Assembly (NCBI GenBank): GCA_025786725.1 | Contig: JAHLTZ010000033.1 | Location: forward strand, 1 to 64,000 | Length of the DNA stretch: 64,000 nucleotides | Direction of reading: 5' to 3' | DNA from: Syncephalis fuscata S228 | Lineage: Eukaryota; Fungi; Zoopagomycota | In this document: positions 1 through 13,694 of the stretch, piece by piece | How the letters are laid out: the number at the start of each line of letters is the position of its first letter | Position numbering within the stretch: the first letter of the stretch is position 1 | Translations under genes and position numbers: made by a program | The notes under the pieces: generated by a model | What the model was told of the DNA's origin: nothing | Seen by the model: only the letters and a program-made list of their open reading frames with translations | The model's database searches: none

Positions 1-549
1 ATAAATGGATTGTTAATGGTTTATTAAAATGTGTTATTGATTTGATTATTATATAGTTAGCGGATTCAATTTAGTTACGCGTTATGATGTAATTTAATTA
101 CATTCATCATGCGTTATAATGAAGTGTGATTGTTAGTCATGTGTTTGTATTTAAGCATGATTAACCAAATATGGTAATTAATGTCAGGCAAATACCTGAC
201 GGTCAGGGCCTTGGACATATTGAATGAATGCGGTGTAAACACACGCATTATTTCAATATTTTTTTTAGAATTTAAAAAAGAGTATTTCTGTAATTAAAAC
301 TGAGAAACGATGTATTTTCCAAAATTGCCCTTAAATATAATATTTCATAAATCATTAGTTAATTAATGTGTTTGTTTGCATTGGTATAAAGGTATTTACT
401 GTTTACAAAATACTATAGGGCTATTTGAATTTATTTATTATACACCAACTGTTTTATTGGTGCGAATTTAATTAACAATATTGTTCATGCATTTTGGTTG
501 GTTAACATAAATAAAGTAAAAGTTGTTTTTATTTACGTATAAATAACTT

Positions 550-1050
550 TTATAAAGGATACACTATAAAATATTGTTCTGGTAGACTATAGTCACATTC
601 TTCAACTTTAATGTCCTCGCCGCTCACCTGTAAGCATACTTCATTTTTTTCGTATTTTTTATCAAAGAATTTTGGAATGATTTTGTAACGGTTCTTATAA
701 CTATTGTCGCCTTCTTTTGTATAAAACTTCCATGCTTGGAATACGCTTTTTTCATCGCATGTGTCCATAGACAGGCTTTCCATATTATAGCTAAGGCATT
801 TGTTTTCAGCCTTATGCTTGATCTGGCTGTAGACTTTGTTTCTAGGATTTTCCGTTCTTATCCATTTATTGTTGTCGGATTTGTCATTTGAATGTACGAA
901 TGGCACTTTTACACCCGATTTGTCTTTTACGCCAACATAGGCATTTTTATACATCGGCGATCCAGGTACAATCTTGATTTCTTCGCCAAGTGAAGCTGGG
1001 ATGGCAGTGACCAGCAGGGCAGCAGCGACAAGAGTTGGTAAGAGTTGCAT
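550..1050 (-). CDS. Secreted ricin B-type (beta-trefoil) lectin-like protein, copy A, 166 aa
   Basis: Signal peptide MQLLPTLVAAALLVTAIPASLG. Ricin-B-like repeats KCLSY...DTCDEKSVFQAW and CLQV...EECDYSLPEQYF. Start set at ATG 1050 by comparison with copy B. Confidence 0.8.
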   Translation of the reverse strand: MQLLPTLVAAALLVTAIPASLGEEIKIVPGSPMYKNAYVGVKDKSGVKVPFVHSNDKSDNNKWIRTENPRNKVYSQIKHKAENKCLSYNMESLSMDTCDEKSVFQAWKFYTKEGDNSYKNRYKIIPKFFDKKYEKNEVCLQVSGEDIKVEECDYSLPEQYFIVYPL

Positions 1051-2526
1051 GGTTTCTAGTAGTGACGAATAAACTGTATTGACCCAATGATATTTACTGA
1101 GATATTTGTTGTAGAATATGTATAGCTGAATAGATGAGTAGTTGCAATGATAATGTTGCAAATAAGCACTTAACTGTGGTATTTATATACTAGTGTCTGC
1201 AAAATAAATTTTATTCAATACACACAATAACCGGATTGCTATTGGCATCAATGGTACACTTCAAAGTGACAATACATATTGTGCTAATCTGACGTCTGCA
1301 CTGGATTTAAATTAGGCCTATAGTTGCTTGAATTAGCATGCTTTAACAAATTAGAGCCGACCAAATTGCTATGTATCTATACTGATTGGTTTTCAAAACA
1401 GGTAAATGACAGCATCATAGCGATTGAAGCATTAGTACAAGGTATAGGTTAGCCGAGGGATAAAATCAACAAAATGATCTAGAACCATTACCTGTTTTTG
1501 TTGTTGGCAATTATACCGAACCAAGGCGGCGTTTTTCACTATTATTAGTTCCGTGCAAAGGGCCCATTTTTAATGTAGCAAAAATACATTCTATTTTTGT
1601 ACTTCTGCCAATTAGATTCTGATTCAATGTACATTGCTAAGGCCCATCATTGCCTTGTCGAAATTCAGCATTACTTTGAACTGTATAGATGATTTCAAGT
1701 TTTTAATCAATACACTATCAGGCTAGCAAATCATTTAATGAATTGAATTTTGCAAGTCACAGTAAAACTAGGTTATAGAAATTACTGATTACAGCACAGT
1801 ATCTAGAAATAAACAAACTTTTATATAGCCAATGCTACACAAATTCATACGGTTGCATAGCTGTTTTATTAAAATACTGTGTAAATGCAAAACAGCTCAG
1901 TTACCATCGGTAATCAAACATTCGATAGTGCTGTATACTGCAATGGCTTATATAGAGATGGCTATCTATAAATACTATGCAACTGTATAGAGTACTTATA
2001 AAACGAGCTAATCTGCAAATAGCAGTGGCAGTAAAAAGATATTGCCTTTGCTGCATACTATTATGAAAAAACAAGTACTATGTCTAGACCATTTTGGTGG
2101 ACATATTATCTAAATTGGATTAGGCCTTGGATTATCTATGTAGCTATCCTATGATAGCTTTACCTGATTGACAAAAACAAGTATAAGCAATATGTTAATT
2201 TCATTGGTTATAACTAGAATATAGTCTACTGTATGCAATGCACCAGCAATTCTTGATTTTGGTACGGTCTAGAATTGACTTGCTATAATGCAAATGGTTT
2301 ATCACAGTAACCTGCAATATTGCCGGATGGATGGCATAAAATTAATGTGAATGGTGGTGGATACTGGATATCTAAAAATTTACTATATAAATTACCACAG
2401 CTAAGTGCTTATTTGTAACATTATCATTGCAACTACTCATCTATTCAGCTATACATATTCTACCAACAAATATCTCAGTAAAATACCATTGGGTTTAATA
2501 CAGTTTATTCGTCACTACTAGAAACC

Positions 2527-3027
2527 ATGCAACTCTTACCAACTCTTGTCGCTGCTGCCCTGCTGGTCACTGCCATCCCAGCTTCACTTGGTGAAAACAT
2601 CAAGATTGTACCTGGATCGCCGACGTATAAAAATGCCTATGTTGGTGTAAAAGACAAATCGGGTGTAAAAGTGCCATTCGTACATTCAAATGACAAATCC
2701 GACAACAATAAATGGATAAGAACGGAAAATCCTAGAAACAAAGTCTACAGCCAGATCAAGCATAAGGCTGAAAACAAATGCCTTAGCTATAATATGGAAA
2801 GCCTGTCTATGGACACATGTGATGAAAAAAGCGTATTCCAAGCATGGAAGTTTTATACAAAAGAAGGCGACAATAGTTATAAGAACCGTTACAAAATCAT
2901 TCCAAAATTCTTCGATAAAAAATACGAAAAAAATGAAGTATGCTTACAGGTGAGCGGCGAGGACATTAAAGTTGAAGAATGTGACTATAGTCTACCAGAA
3001 CAATATTTTATAGTGTATCCTCTATAA
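2527..3027 (+). CDS. Secreted ricin B-type lectin-like protein, copy B, 166 aa
   Basis: Intact ORF differing from copy A at 2 residues (EEIK/ENIK, SPMY/SPTY). Confidence 0.8.
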   Translation: MQLLPTLVAAALLVTAIPASLGENIKIVPGSPTYKNAYVGVKDKSGVKVPFVHSNDKSDNNKWIRTENPRNKVYSQIKHKAENKCLSYNMESLSMDTCDEKSVFQAWKFYTKEGDNSYKNRYKIIPKFFDKKYEKNEVCLQVSGEDIKVEECDYSLPEQYFIVYPL

Positions 3028-3715
3028 AAGTTATTTATACGTAAATAAAAACAACTTTTACTTTATTTATGTTAACCAACCAAAATGCATGAACAATATT
3101 GTTAATTAAATTCGCACCAATAAAACGATCACCTATTGACAAAGACGCAATAACTATTACTATTGCTTTATCAGTCAATAAATTACTATGTCTCTATTGA
3201 GACTATGATGTATTAGTTTATTTCTCCCTATACACTATTTTTTAGTAAACCAATTTATTAAATAAAGCACGTACTTGTATATAAAAATGGTTTTATTAAT
3301 GCATACCCATCATATTTTGTTACTATAATTTAAAATTAAACATCGTGTATTCATCAATTGACGCAACTATAGTTCTTAAATAGTAAAAAAGTAATTGATA
3401 ATATAATAATTGATTATAGTACTGCGTTGACATTATAATCTAGGTTACGCCAAATTAAAGCACGACGCCAGTAGTTATAGTAGGCGGATAGTAATGCTTT
3501 AGTATTGAGTTTATACTGTACTAAAACTATTTATTTGAACAAAGCAATACTTGCTAATTACAATGAAATGGTCGGCTGTCACAAAAAGATATCTTGTAAG
3601 TAAATGTATTTATTAAATTTAATTCTTAATTTGCATAGAATCTTATAGCTAACAGTCTGCTGGTCGATGTGCTATTAATCCATACGACTATTGCCAATGT
3701 AATATGATTCTAAAA

Positions 3716-5657
3716 TTAAGCAGAGCAATCTTGTGGCAGTTTTGTTCCAGCTACAACAGCATCGGCTGCTTTGGCATCTTCGCCGAGGCCTCGTTTAGCA
3801 AATGCACGCCAGAGTTCACAGCGATGCTTGCCTCCAGTCAATAGCTGTTCTGCTTGTATAATGGAATCGCGAGCATTAATAAAGTTTGGGCGACAAACTT
3901 GCAACTTAAGAGCATCCATAATAAGCTTTAATGCAAGCGTGTTACCCTTAGTGATATCGGCCGAATAACGATCCTCGTTGAATCCAAGTTTTGTTACAAG
4001 ATTCCAATAAAGTTCGTATAAGATAACCGCCCATACTTCACCAATTTTATGAAATTCATCCCAGCCTGGTTCCAAAAGGCGTGCATAAGTCAGCGGATTG
4101 ACTTTTATGTCGAGTGCATACGGATATGTGCGAATATTTTGGCCAATAACATATTTACCAAGCTCAACCTGCTTTGCTGGCGTGTCGGTGGCCTTCATTT
4201 CAAGCCAATAGGCAAAGAAGTCGCTCCATCCCTCGCCCATCCGGCAGATTGGCCATCAGGTAAACAATCGGCATTGCTTGGGCCGCCCGTCAATCGACTA
4301 CTGATACCATGGCCATATTCATGAGATACAATGTCATTTTCAAAATCGCCGTCACGCGATGGCTCGGTCGAAGTAAAGGCGAACATGCGCATTTGTGGCC
4401 GCTCACCGTCGGGTGGCGTCTCAAAATCTGCATTGTTTGTACCATCTCCATCAATGGCGTTTGCCTTGACCGCATCACCACCAAGACCACCTTTATTCCA
4501 ATTGTTTTCTTGGAAATTACCTGTGGCCTCGGTAAATCCATAGTGATAGAAGATGTCGTGCATGATATTGTTCATGTAGAACAAATTGGTGATTGATGCA
4601 TTCATACTATCGACGGGTGGCTTGGATGGATCATGGGGATAGTCAAACATCAGACTATTCCCACCGTCAGGGCGTTGCTTTGTTTGCCAATTACTGTCGC
4701 CATTAAGGTTCTCTTGAGCATAAACGTTATTGCCAATGGTGGTGTTGTATTTCTTTGTGCCTTGATCATGCCATCCAAACGGTGACGCTGCCTTATCGGC
4801 CGGGTCATTGACTAGTTCTCGGGGCGTGTCCAGAGGATTATTGCCACCAACTTTGACGACACGATAGGATGCACTCATGACCCAGTCAACTAACGAGAGT
4901 ATTTCTTTGCCATCGGCCGAAATGTAAACGTGAAAGTAATTGCGCGGCATGTGTACTTTAAATTCCCAGACCGATTCTAGCTTGTTGCAACTAGATTGGA
5001 TTAGAGACTGGGCGGCATAAACATCACGATCGACAAAAGAAACTCCTTTAAGTGTGTACTTTTGCTGCGCTCCTGGCGCGGTCAATTCTGCTGATGCCAC
5101 AGTAATTTGGTTGATATTTAGTGATTGTCCAATATGCGCGGCAAACGTGGCAAATGCTTCTTTAGGCCCAACAGCCTTACCGCTCTGCTGACTGCTCCAG
5201 GCATCGGCACGACGACGTAAGCTAGGACTGCTGCTTTTAAAAAACTATCACCATAGGCAACTACTTTTCCCTCTTTATTTACATGTACATCAATATCACC
5301 ATTAGCCACTTCCAGACCACTGATTACTTGTTTACAGTAGATGTGGGTAACACCGGTGCTTTCTGTGGTATAGTGATTACGTACAACGATTTCGTTGGCC
5401 TGAATTTTAAGTCGCTGCGTAATGAATTCAGCAGCAATCTTTATTGGATCCAGAGGATGGTCAGATGCGGGAGGGCGGAAATGCTGAAGTAGCGTAGATT
5501 TAAGACGAATTTCAGAACGTGTTACCGGTCTTGGACTGAACGTGGCAACATTCACGCGTGTTTTGCCAAATTTCGTAAGTGCACACACGATGGAAGAAAA
5601 ATTTAGTAAGGTTGCCACATAGAATAAACAATAAATAGCACTGTTGGATAGGCGCAT
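3716..5657 (-). CDS. Fungalysin (M36) extracellular metallopeptidase with signal peptide and FTP propeptide; two apparent 1-bp frameshifts (~5225, ~4241)
   Basis: ORFs 5118-5657, 4195-5100 and 3716-4240 join into signal + TGVTHIY propeptide + TIGNNVYAQ, ITNLFYMNNIMHD, HEYGHGIS zinc motif, GEGWSD and EFHKIGEVWA. Confidence 0.93.
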
Positions 5658-7089
5658 ACCGAATCAGTAATTATTACTAAAAATCAATTACTGATGAAAA
5701 TAATAAAGCAATAAGGAAGATAGAAAATAGAAAAGATCAGATATCGACAGCGCAAAAACAAAATAAAAGGCTCCTAAGAATAAACGTGGACGTACGTAAC
5801 GGTAAAATCAATGTCGTTAAAGCATAAAACAATCGTAAATAAAGCGTAATTGAAGCGTGATAACTAAAGACGTAAAAGATGTGCAGAAGAATGAGTTCAA
5901 TAAAGATGACGAGAGTGGCGTTAGATGGATATTGGTAGCAGATTTGTTGATGATGTTTAGTAACTTGCATGATTGCATGGCAAAGCAGCCGCACCTTTTA
6001 TCATAAAAGCAATACGACGCGTAAACTGCCATGTAACTCTTATGCGTGGTCACTAGACCTGAATGAATCACGTGGAAAAAGATGTTTACTTAGATTTTAG
6101 CAAGCCGAGACAATTAACAGTGACACTTGCCTATGTTCAATGTTCATTGGTGCAACACACGAGTAGTAAGCCCGGAATTTAGAATTTTTGTTCAACAATC
6201 AAACGGCAAAACGATGCCACGGCAGCTTTCCTTCGTGCATTATCTACTTAGCGCGTGATTGCGTGCTATGATGAAATGAAGGTAAACAGGAAAGGTCACA
6301 AGATAAAAAGTGCCCATTATGGTAAAAACGACAGGCCTATGACTGCCATCTCGTGTCAATGATAACCATTATTATTACTTGATGGCACATGTCAGTATTT
6401 CGATTAAAATGGTATTTAAACAATGTTTTTATGACATTCCAAATAAGTTTTCAGTATAATTATCATTCTACTTTAAGGTACTATTCATTAAAATCTTTTA
6501 TTTGTGTTTACAATATCTAAGTAAAATTTAGCACAACAATAAAGCATTTTATTGCATTTTATATATTTATAAAATACTTTATTAGTATCGGTAATTATTA
6601 CAAGAATTGGATAACTGTCTTAATCAATAATTATTACAAAAATAACAATAACTACATATTGCTAATAGTACTTTACAGCTACTGTTATAACTCAACGACT
6701 TTATTTTATTTATTTATTAGTTAACATTGAAAAATATTACTACGCTAATATGCTGTAATTAAAGTGCGACAGTTTGAAACACGAGTATTTAACAAAGCTA
6801 ACATTGGTTAATGTAATAAACAAATGGTTATTTATAATTATCTTCTAGTTTGTCTATGTCAAGCTTTTTTAATTTATTAAACAGAATTAAGCACAAAAAA
6901 TAAACGCTGATATATTTGTACTACTTTTCTAATTGTAAAATATGCTAGAATGACCATTAGAGCGGTAGTAGAGTAAAACTAGAAGAATCTAGACAACGGA
7001 AAGAAAGCCAATTGTGTTGCAATTTGAGTCATGAAAAATAATAGCGTGGCATCAGTAATAGTGGTAATCATGGCAAAACTAAAAGTCGG

Positions 7090-8026
7090 ATGATTAAATT
7101 TAATAACATCCAATCTAATGAAAATGAGGATGGGTGATGAGTGACATCAAAGTCTAAAATGCTTATTATTGTAGTTTCATTATCCAGTATGCATATATCC
7201 TCATTCCTATTCTATTCTATATTATTGCATATTATTTATGATATATTGAATACATTATATTGAATATAGCTTTCAAATGCGTATAGTTTAATGAACATAA
7301 TAAGCAAAATAAATTAAACTTTACTATTAATATATCTAGAGCCAAACGAACAACGTTTCTGTATAAATCGTAGCTCTTACATAATAAAGCAATAGAATAT
7401 TATAAAGAATATATAAACTAAAGTGAGAGTAGCTGCATTGAAGTTACTGAGTATATAGATTGACAAGCGAAATTAGCTAAACTTTATCAATAATACAGTT
7501 AGAACCAAAAGGACAGCAGCAATAGGTAGTGTGTAGCTATTAGAAAATAAAAGAATATACAATATAGTGAATATACGGTGTGAAATGATGATTAGCCTTA
7601 TTGAGGCTAACAAGCATATATGCATGCCCAATGAGTGGAAATAGTCGGCGTTTATTAATAATAACGCTAGAGCGAAAAAGTAGTTTTAGATAGAGGAAGA
7701 TTAGGCAATTATAGAGCGATATATAGAATGATAAATGTACGGTAAGAAAGCATATAAAACGATGTTAGAGTTATAGTGCATATAATGCAATGAGTGGACT
7801 GAGTGGAATGTAATGGTGTATATAATAAATAAATGTGTCTAGTATATCGTAGACTGGGATACAATGGTGTGGGATAGTACAGGAATGATATAGATAAATA
7901 GAATATACATGCCTACTGAATATATGCATACTGGATAATAAACTACAATGATGAGTATTTGATGATTGATATTACTCACTACCCATCATCATGTTCAGTA
8001 AATGGATGTTATTAAATATTAGTCAT
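7090..8026. mobile_element. Degenerate inverted-repeat (MITE/foldback-like) element; arms ~7090-7200 and ~7918-8026
   Basis: ATGATTAAATTTAATAACATCC...TTGTAGTTTCATTATCCAGTATGCATATAT aligns with the reverse complement of ATATATGCATACTGGATAATAAACTACAA...GGATGTTATTAAATATTAGTCAT. No ORF inside. Confidence 0.6.
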
Positions 8027-8308
8027 TTGACCACCAAACAAACAATAAATGTGATGATGTAATGATTAAATAAAACTCACCACTTGGCCCATGTTCAATA
8101 GATTGAATTTGTGGTTCAATTACGCGAATATTATGAAAATAGTCATTTGTTTCCCAAACCATAATAAATGTTTAATAGATTATTTAGTACAAGTGTATTA
8201 ACATTAACAAAAATAAAATGACCGGATAAATTATTGACATTTTATTTCTTAATAAAATTACGCTTTACTAAATATTAATAGTGTTTAAGAAAGATTTAAT
8301 AATAACAA

Positions 8309-10044
8309 TCAGTAAATATAGCCCAGGTGAGTCACTGAGCGTTTACGAGCAAATCGACGAATTAACCAGGCCATTCGTGCTACTACAAGAAAATAGCCAA
8401 CAAATATTGTTAGCCATACCCAGGGCAAAAGAGGTGATGCATCGGCCGGTGGCCAGCCATCGCTGCTTGCCGCGCGCCAAGTCGTTGTCCACCAATGGCG
8501 AAAGGTGGCTGCCTCCATAGGACCTACAACACTGCCAACTTCTACTGGCGATACGGCATGCATCATAGCAGCACCCAATGTCCAAGAAAACGGTATGCCA
8601 TTCGCATTATCCAACGACTGAAACCGAGGCGTTGTGGCAGCAATGGAGGTGGATAGTGTTCGAGGTAACCCAAAGCCTTCATGTAAAATGTTAGCAAGCC
8701 AGGCTGCTTTAAAGCATTGTAAACGTAATCGTTCTTCTGTTGTGCCAGGGGCAAGTCGTCCTGCTGCATGTTCAGCCACAATATACTTCCAGCCTAACTC
8801 ACAAAAGTGATGGGCAGTCTTTTCAAATGTTTCTGCATCATAAGCGCCGCCTAGACCGAGTATATCGTGCATTGATACCACCAATCGCTAACACCAACAA
8901 ATCTATGTACTTGATAGTCAATCTCTGGCGTGTGAACGCCATTGAATAGACATGGTGCCTCTGGACAATCGATTGTTTTGTTAAGTAATGGTAGTGTATG
9001 TTCAAGACACTTTGCAAATGAACCGCCACCTATTACGCGCGTTCCATCTGCCAATAGCTCCTCTAATCCTACGGGCAAGCATGGATCCGACAGATTATAT
9101 GTATTACCGGCTGATGAATGATTAGGTTTTGATAGAGTTTTTAGTTGCGTGATATGTCGTTGGCGTGCTTGATTTGTACCATATCCAAGAAAAGTTGCGA
9201 CAAATACGTCATGACGCGCCACACTGCCGTCTAACCGGCGTAAACGCACCTCTGTCATATCATGGCGATGCTCATCGGCCACCTGTATACTTGGTTCGAA
9301 TACCAGCTGTGTACTGGCACCGCCCATGTCCGAAAAGCCCAAAGTACGTCCTTGGCTTTTAGTCTGTTGTTTTACTGTTGATGTCGAAAAGATAGAAGCT
9401 GGCCAAATTTCATTGCTTTCAGGTTCAACATTGCCATCAGAAACGACTTTTTCAAATCCGCCCAATAGGTAGTTAACGGTGACCCAACCGTAGACACCCT
9501 CTGTTTCTCCTGATATAGTTTTAATATGATCACTGCAGCTATTTACGCTAAATGGACTACTGGATTGTAAATAGCTGCACACAGCCTCTAACACCTGAAC
9601 ACGCTCCTTTTCAGGGACAAGTCGCATGCCAGCCGTGGCAAATAAATAAACAGATGTGCGTGCCCATGTATCCGATGGTATAATACCTTTGGCAAAGTCT
9701 ACCAGCGGCGTTAAATGCTGGTACGCTAGCTGAGGTCTATCGGCAAAAGTAGATAATCCTAATGCCACAATATAAGATAAACGTCGATTCATTCAAATAC
9801 AATTGTTCTTACCAGGCTCCTGTTTATACTGCCAACTAAAGCCGTGTCCATTGCCCAGCTCTACTACTGGTAACTTTACCCATTCGGCTGGTGTTAAATG
9901 ATTGCGCTGTATCTCTGGAGATTTCCAGCTGTAGACATGCACACGAGAACCGCTACTGCCTGCATCAATTACAATAACATACTCTCGCTGTTCATTTGTA
10001 GCTAAACTGTCTTTTGAATATGCAAATGAGTCAGCTGCTGCCAT
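8309..10044 (-). CDS. GDA1/CD39 nucleoside phosphatase (Ynd1-like apyrase with C-terminal TM); intron 9759-9812; apparent frameshift ~8875
   Basis: All five apyrase conserved regions present: DAGSSGSR, ATAGMR, GETEG, DMGGASTQ, SWTLG. Hydrophobic C-terminal segment. Confidence 0.92.
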
Positions 10045-10487
10045 GATTCATCCTATTCGCAATTGTTATTATTATTATAACTAGGCGTGTGGATATTCTA
10101 GACTAATCTGCAGCCTGCGCAATGAGCGTGTGGTCGCGTATGAACAGACTGGGAATAAAGCGGCAAGAGAAAGCTACGGCACTGTCTAAGTTACTAGTTT
10201 GTAGAGCGGTATTTGTACACTCCGACAAATCAAATAATGATTGACAAAATCCTAGTTGTCTTCAGTTCTTCTCTAATCTATCATGTTCTTTTATAATAAA
10301 ATCATTATAAATAACCAGTAACTTTATCAATAAATATATTACTGCTATATGCAACATAAAAGTATTTTAATCTGTATTTGTTTGTTTATAATTATTATAT
10401 GTACAATACAGCTGTAGCAATAATGATGAAACCAAATAAAACAATCAAGTTATCAATTATCGTTACATAAACAACGTTAACCAATCT

Positions 10488-11056
10488 TAATTAGCTATTA
10501 TTAAATAATTGTCAGCATTAATTAACTAATTAATACACTTTTGATTATTAATTGTGTGGACACTGTATAAGAATGGCAAAAGAGAATTAATACAGTTTTT
10601 CAACAAATTAACCATTTTTCACCGATTTTTAATTCCATCAATAATATATCTAAAAATACGCAATACTATTCATTATGACCGCATGGCCTTGGCACATCAG
10701 CACATATAAGCTATATATTTTTGAAAAAGTATAGGAAGGTGATAATAATTAAAAGTGCTTAAAAATAGTATTTTTAATAATAATAATGTTATTTTTATTT
10801 ATAGTACTTTTTACGATTTTTAAAAATATATAGATTATATGTATCGATACGCAAAAACTATGCGGTCATAATGAATAGTATTGCGTATTTTTAGATATAT
10901 TATTGATGGAATTAAAAATCGGTGAAAAATGGTTAATTTGTTGAAAAACTGTATTAATTCTCTTTTGCCATTCTTATACAATGTCCACACAATTAATAAT
11001 CAAAAGTGTATTAATTAGTTAATTAATGCTGACAATTATTTAATAGTAGCTAATTA
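10488..11056. mobile_element. Young foldback/MITE-like element: ~197-bp near-perfect inverted arms (10488-10684, 10860-11056) with ~175-bp spacer
   Basis: TAATTAGCTATTATTAAATAATTGTCAGC...CATTATGACCGCAT mirrors ATGCGGTCATAATG...GCTGACAATTATTTAATAGTAGCTAATTA with only a few differences. Outermost bases are TA on both sides. Confidence 0.8.
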
Positions 11057-11269
11057 GTAATAGCTAATATACTTTTATTAACAGTTTTTGTTAATATTTA
11101 TTAGTTGCTTATGTCGTCTAACTAGTATTGCTGATATTATGTTCCACTTATTATTAACTATTAGTAGCAGACGACCATACATTACAATATTGGTACTAGT
11201 AAATACATAATGTTTATTGGCACTTGATTTAATTACAATCCAAAACAACGGCATTGATATTTATTATGT

Positions 11270-11834
11270 TGTTACGCTTCTAGTTTTAGAAATCGCAACT
11301 TAGATGACCAAGCAACACCTTATCCTGTCGCTATCCTATAACGCTAATTTCTGATGCTTATTAACGCTTACCTTAACGCTCAGAATACAATGTGTTATTT
11401 GGTTGTATTGCTTTTATAATAAAATTATTCCTTATTGGTCATTAATTACCACAGTTTAACTATAATAAACTGAATAACTTGTATGACACTAAGTAGAAAT
11501 AATATTGGACTAGAAACTTGATTATTTCTTTATTGATATTGAATAAAGCTATCATTATATAGTAAACATAACTAAATAGAACTGGAATGCCTTGTAGTAT
11601 TTCATCATTAGCGCAGCATATTAGTTCAGGTGACTGCTCATATGCTTACAACTAACAAGTAGCTACTCGTTATATTGTCGTAATAGCATTTGTTACTAGT
11701 AATCGGTACTAATATCCGATAGATATATTATTTTTGTGATCAATCACATGCGACTTTAACTGGTGACCCATCACACGATATATCACTTAGGCACACTTCC
11801 ACAAGACCCTGTCCGGAATATCAGAACAGTAACA
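11270..11834. mobile_element. Solo-LTR-like repeat, copy 1 (565 bp)
   Basis: Begins TGTTAC and ends GTAACA (TG...CA with 6-bp inverted termini). Direct repeat of 16645-17208. No adjacent PBS, PPT or gag-pol. Confidence 0.8.
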
Positions 11835-13694
11835 ACATGATGACGGGTGGTGTCGTATTAGTAGAGAATATGAGGGATGGTAGAGCGAAGTGACAATTGA
11901 GGATTAAACACTTAATATGATTGTTTACACTCCCATTTAGTAATACAGAAATGAAAAAAGTCTACTTGTTTATTAATGCTATTTAGTTTGTAGTAGTTAT
12001 AATAAACGTTCGGGCTTCGCCCCTAAATACCATTAGAACCACGCCCAATACCACAAGTAGAAATGATTGTTTGGTTATTTACCCATCACTTTATTCATCA
12101 ATGTTATGTTTATAGATAGCTGTTATTGATTGGTTGCTATCCTTTATGCTTGGCATTCTTTAAAGACAGTAAAATAGCATTGATTAATGGTTCTTTGTTG
12201 GATTAAATAGCCATTTACGTGTGAATTGTATAGACTTTATTGGTTGTTTTTAAACCGAATATCTTAGCTTGTACATCCTATAGTAATAAAGATTTAGTAA
12301 CTATAATTACAATATAATACTATGGAAATTAGAGAAATAGAATATTAATGCCAAATACTATTACTTTTGCTGTCTATTACTTTGCATTATTAATGCTTAG
12401 ATATGGATTTAACAATCATTAATTATTACTTAATACCTGGCAATGCTTAAATAAATTGTGTGCTATATTATAGATAAAATCAGAAGTATTTTATTGGTTA
12501 TTGCTATTTTAGAATATTATACCTGTATTATTAATGGCGCTAAAAGAATCTGGTAATAATCCGGTTTATTTTTATTAATATGTACTAAGCATAATTGGAT
12601 CAACACCAATAATACTATTATGGCCATGGGATGGGAGTCATATAATTGTCTCTACTATAGAATGCGACAACCATTCATTTCCTGTTTTGTAAAACAAAAA
12701 CTTGATTACAATTGCATTAATAATAATATGCTAATACAAACAGTAACATTGTTATAGCTATTAATATCATTAATGTACAACTTGAGGCTGCTAATATTGA
12801 TGGCAACTATATATAATTAATACGCACTCCTCCATTACTGATAATAATAGCTCAAATGAAACACTTATGCATAAACTATGCATTGTCCTTTTTCCTCACT
12901 CTCACCTTTTCATCCCTTCACTGTTGCCACCACCACTCCTTCCCTCGTCCACTAAGGCGGTGAAGGTAGCAAAAACGAAGTACTAGTCTTGTCGGGTCGT
13001 CAAAAATATTAGTCAAACATAATAAGTCCTTATTTTATTGTGCGCTCTTACCTAATGAAAATACATTGTCTTTGCAGGTCGTCTCATCGCATACCTAAGA
13101 ACCAACAGGTATCGTTGGTTAGAAGATAGATTATTTGATAACCACTGTTGTTGTTGATTGATAGCCGATGACATACAGTATCAGGCACAGCATAAGCGAT
13201 AGACCAGGCTTTGGCTGAGTGGAATTGTGGCCCATTTGACCATTCTGGTGTTTGAAAACATCACTGCCGTCAAGACGAATAAATAGCAATTTGCTTTTAA
13301 TTTCCCAATAGTTAATTCCTCATATTCACTCACTCACTCACTCACACTAGTCTCACTACTCACATTATTTACACTATTCACACTATTCACAGCATTTGAT
13401 TGAAATCGTGGCTCAAATTACAAGGTAAATATGGCAATGATGGTTATCTCTACTGGATACAGTGAATATCTATATTACTTTTATCGGTTGCTGAGGTTAA
13501 GTGACGCGTGTGGCTTGCCCTTTTCATATACCCGTTTATTCCGATCAATAAGCGCTCGCGCAATTCAAATGGGTGGTTGCACGCTCCGCACTTTTCTTTT
13601 TCTATACTCACCTCTTCTCCTTGCTTGTTTCGCACGATGACGTGTTCACTGCTTTTATTGCCTGTATACGGCTACCAATATCGCCGCGGTCCTC

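Larger units (their letters stand above)
451..3126. repeat. Inverted duplication: near-identical arms ~451-1189 and ~2384-3126, each carrying a lectin gene
   Basis: GTTTTATTGGTGCGAATTTAA (451) is the reverse complement of TTAAATTCGCACCAATAAAAC (ends 3126). Identity runs through both CDSs to a TATATAAA box at ~1181-1189 / ~2384-2391. Confidence 0.95.

Noticed and set aside
1051-1161. 37-aa N-terminal extension of lectin copy A (203-aa ORF)
   Set aside because: It starts at a non-ATG codon, is broken by indels in copy B, and lies in the presumed 5' UTR before the signal peptide.
12012-12022. GGGCTTCGCCC hairpin as a Helitron 3' end
   Set aside because: No properly spaced CTAG terminus or other Helitron features are visible.
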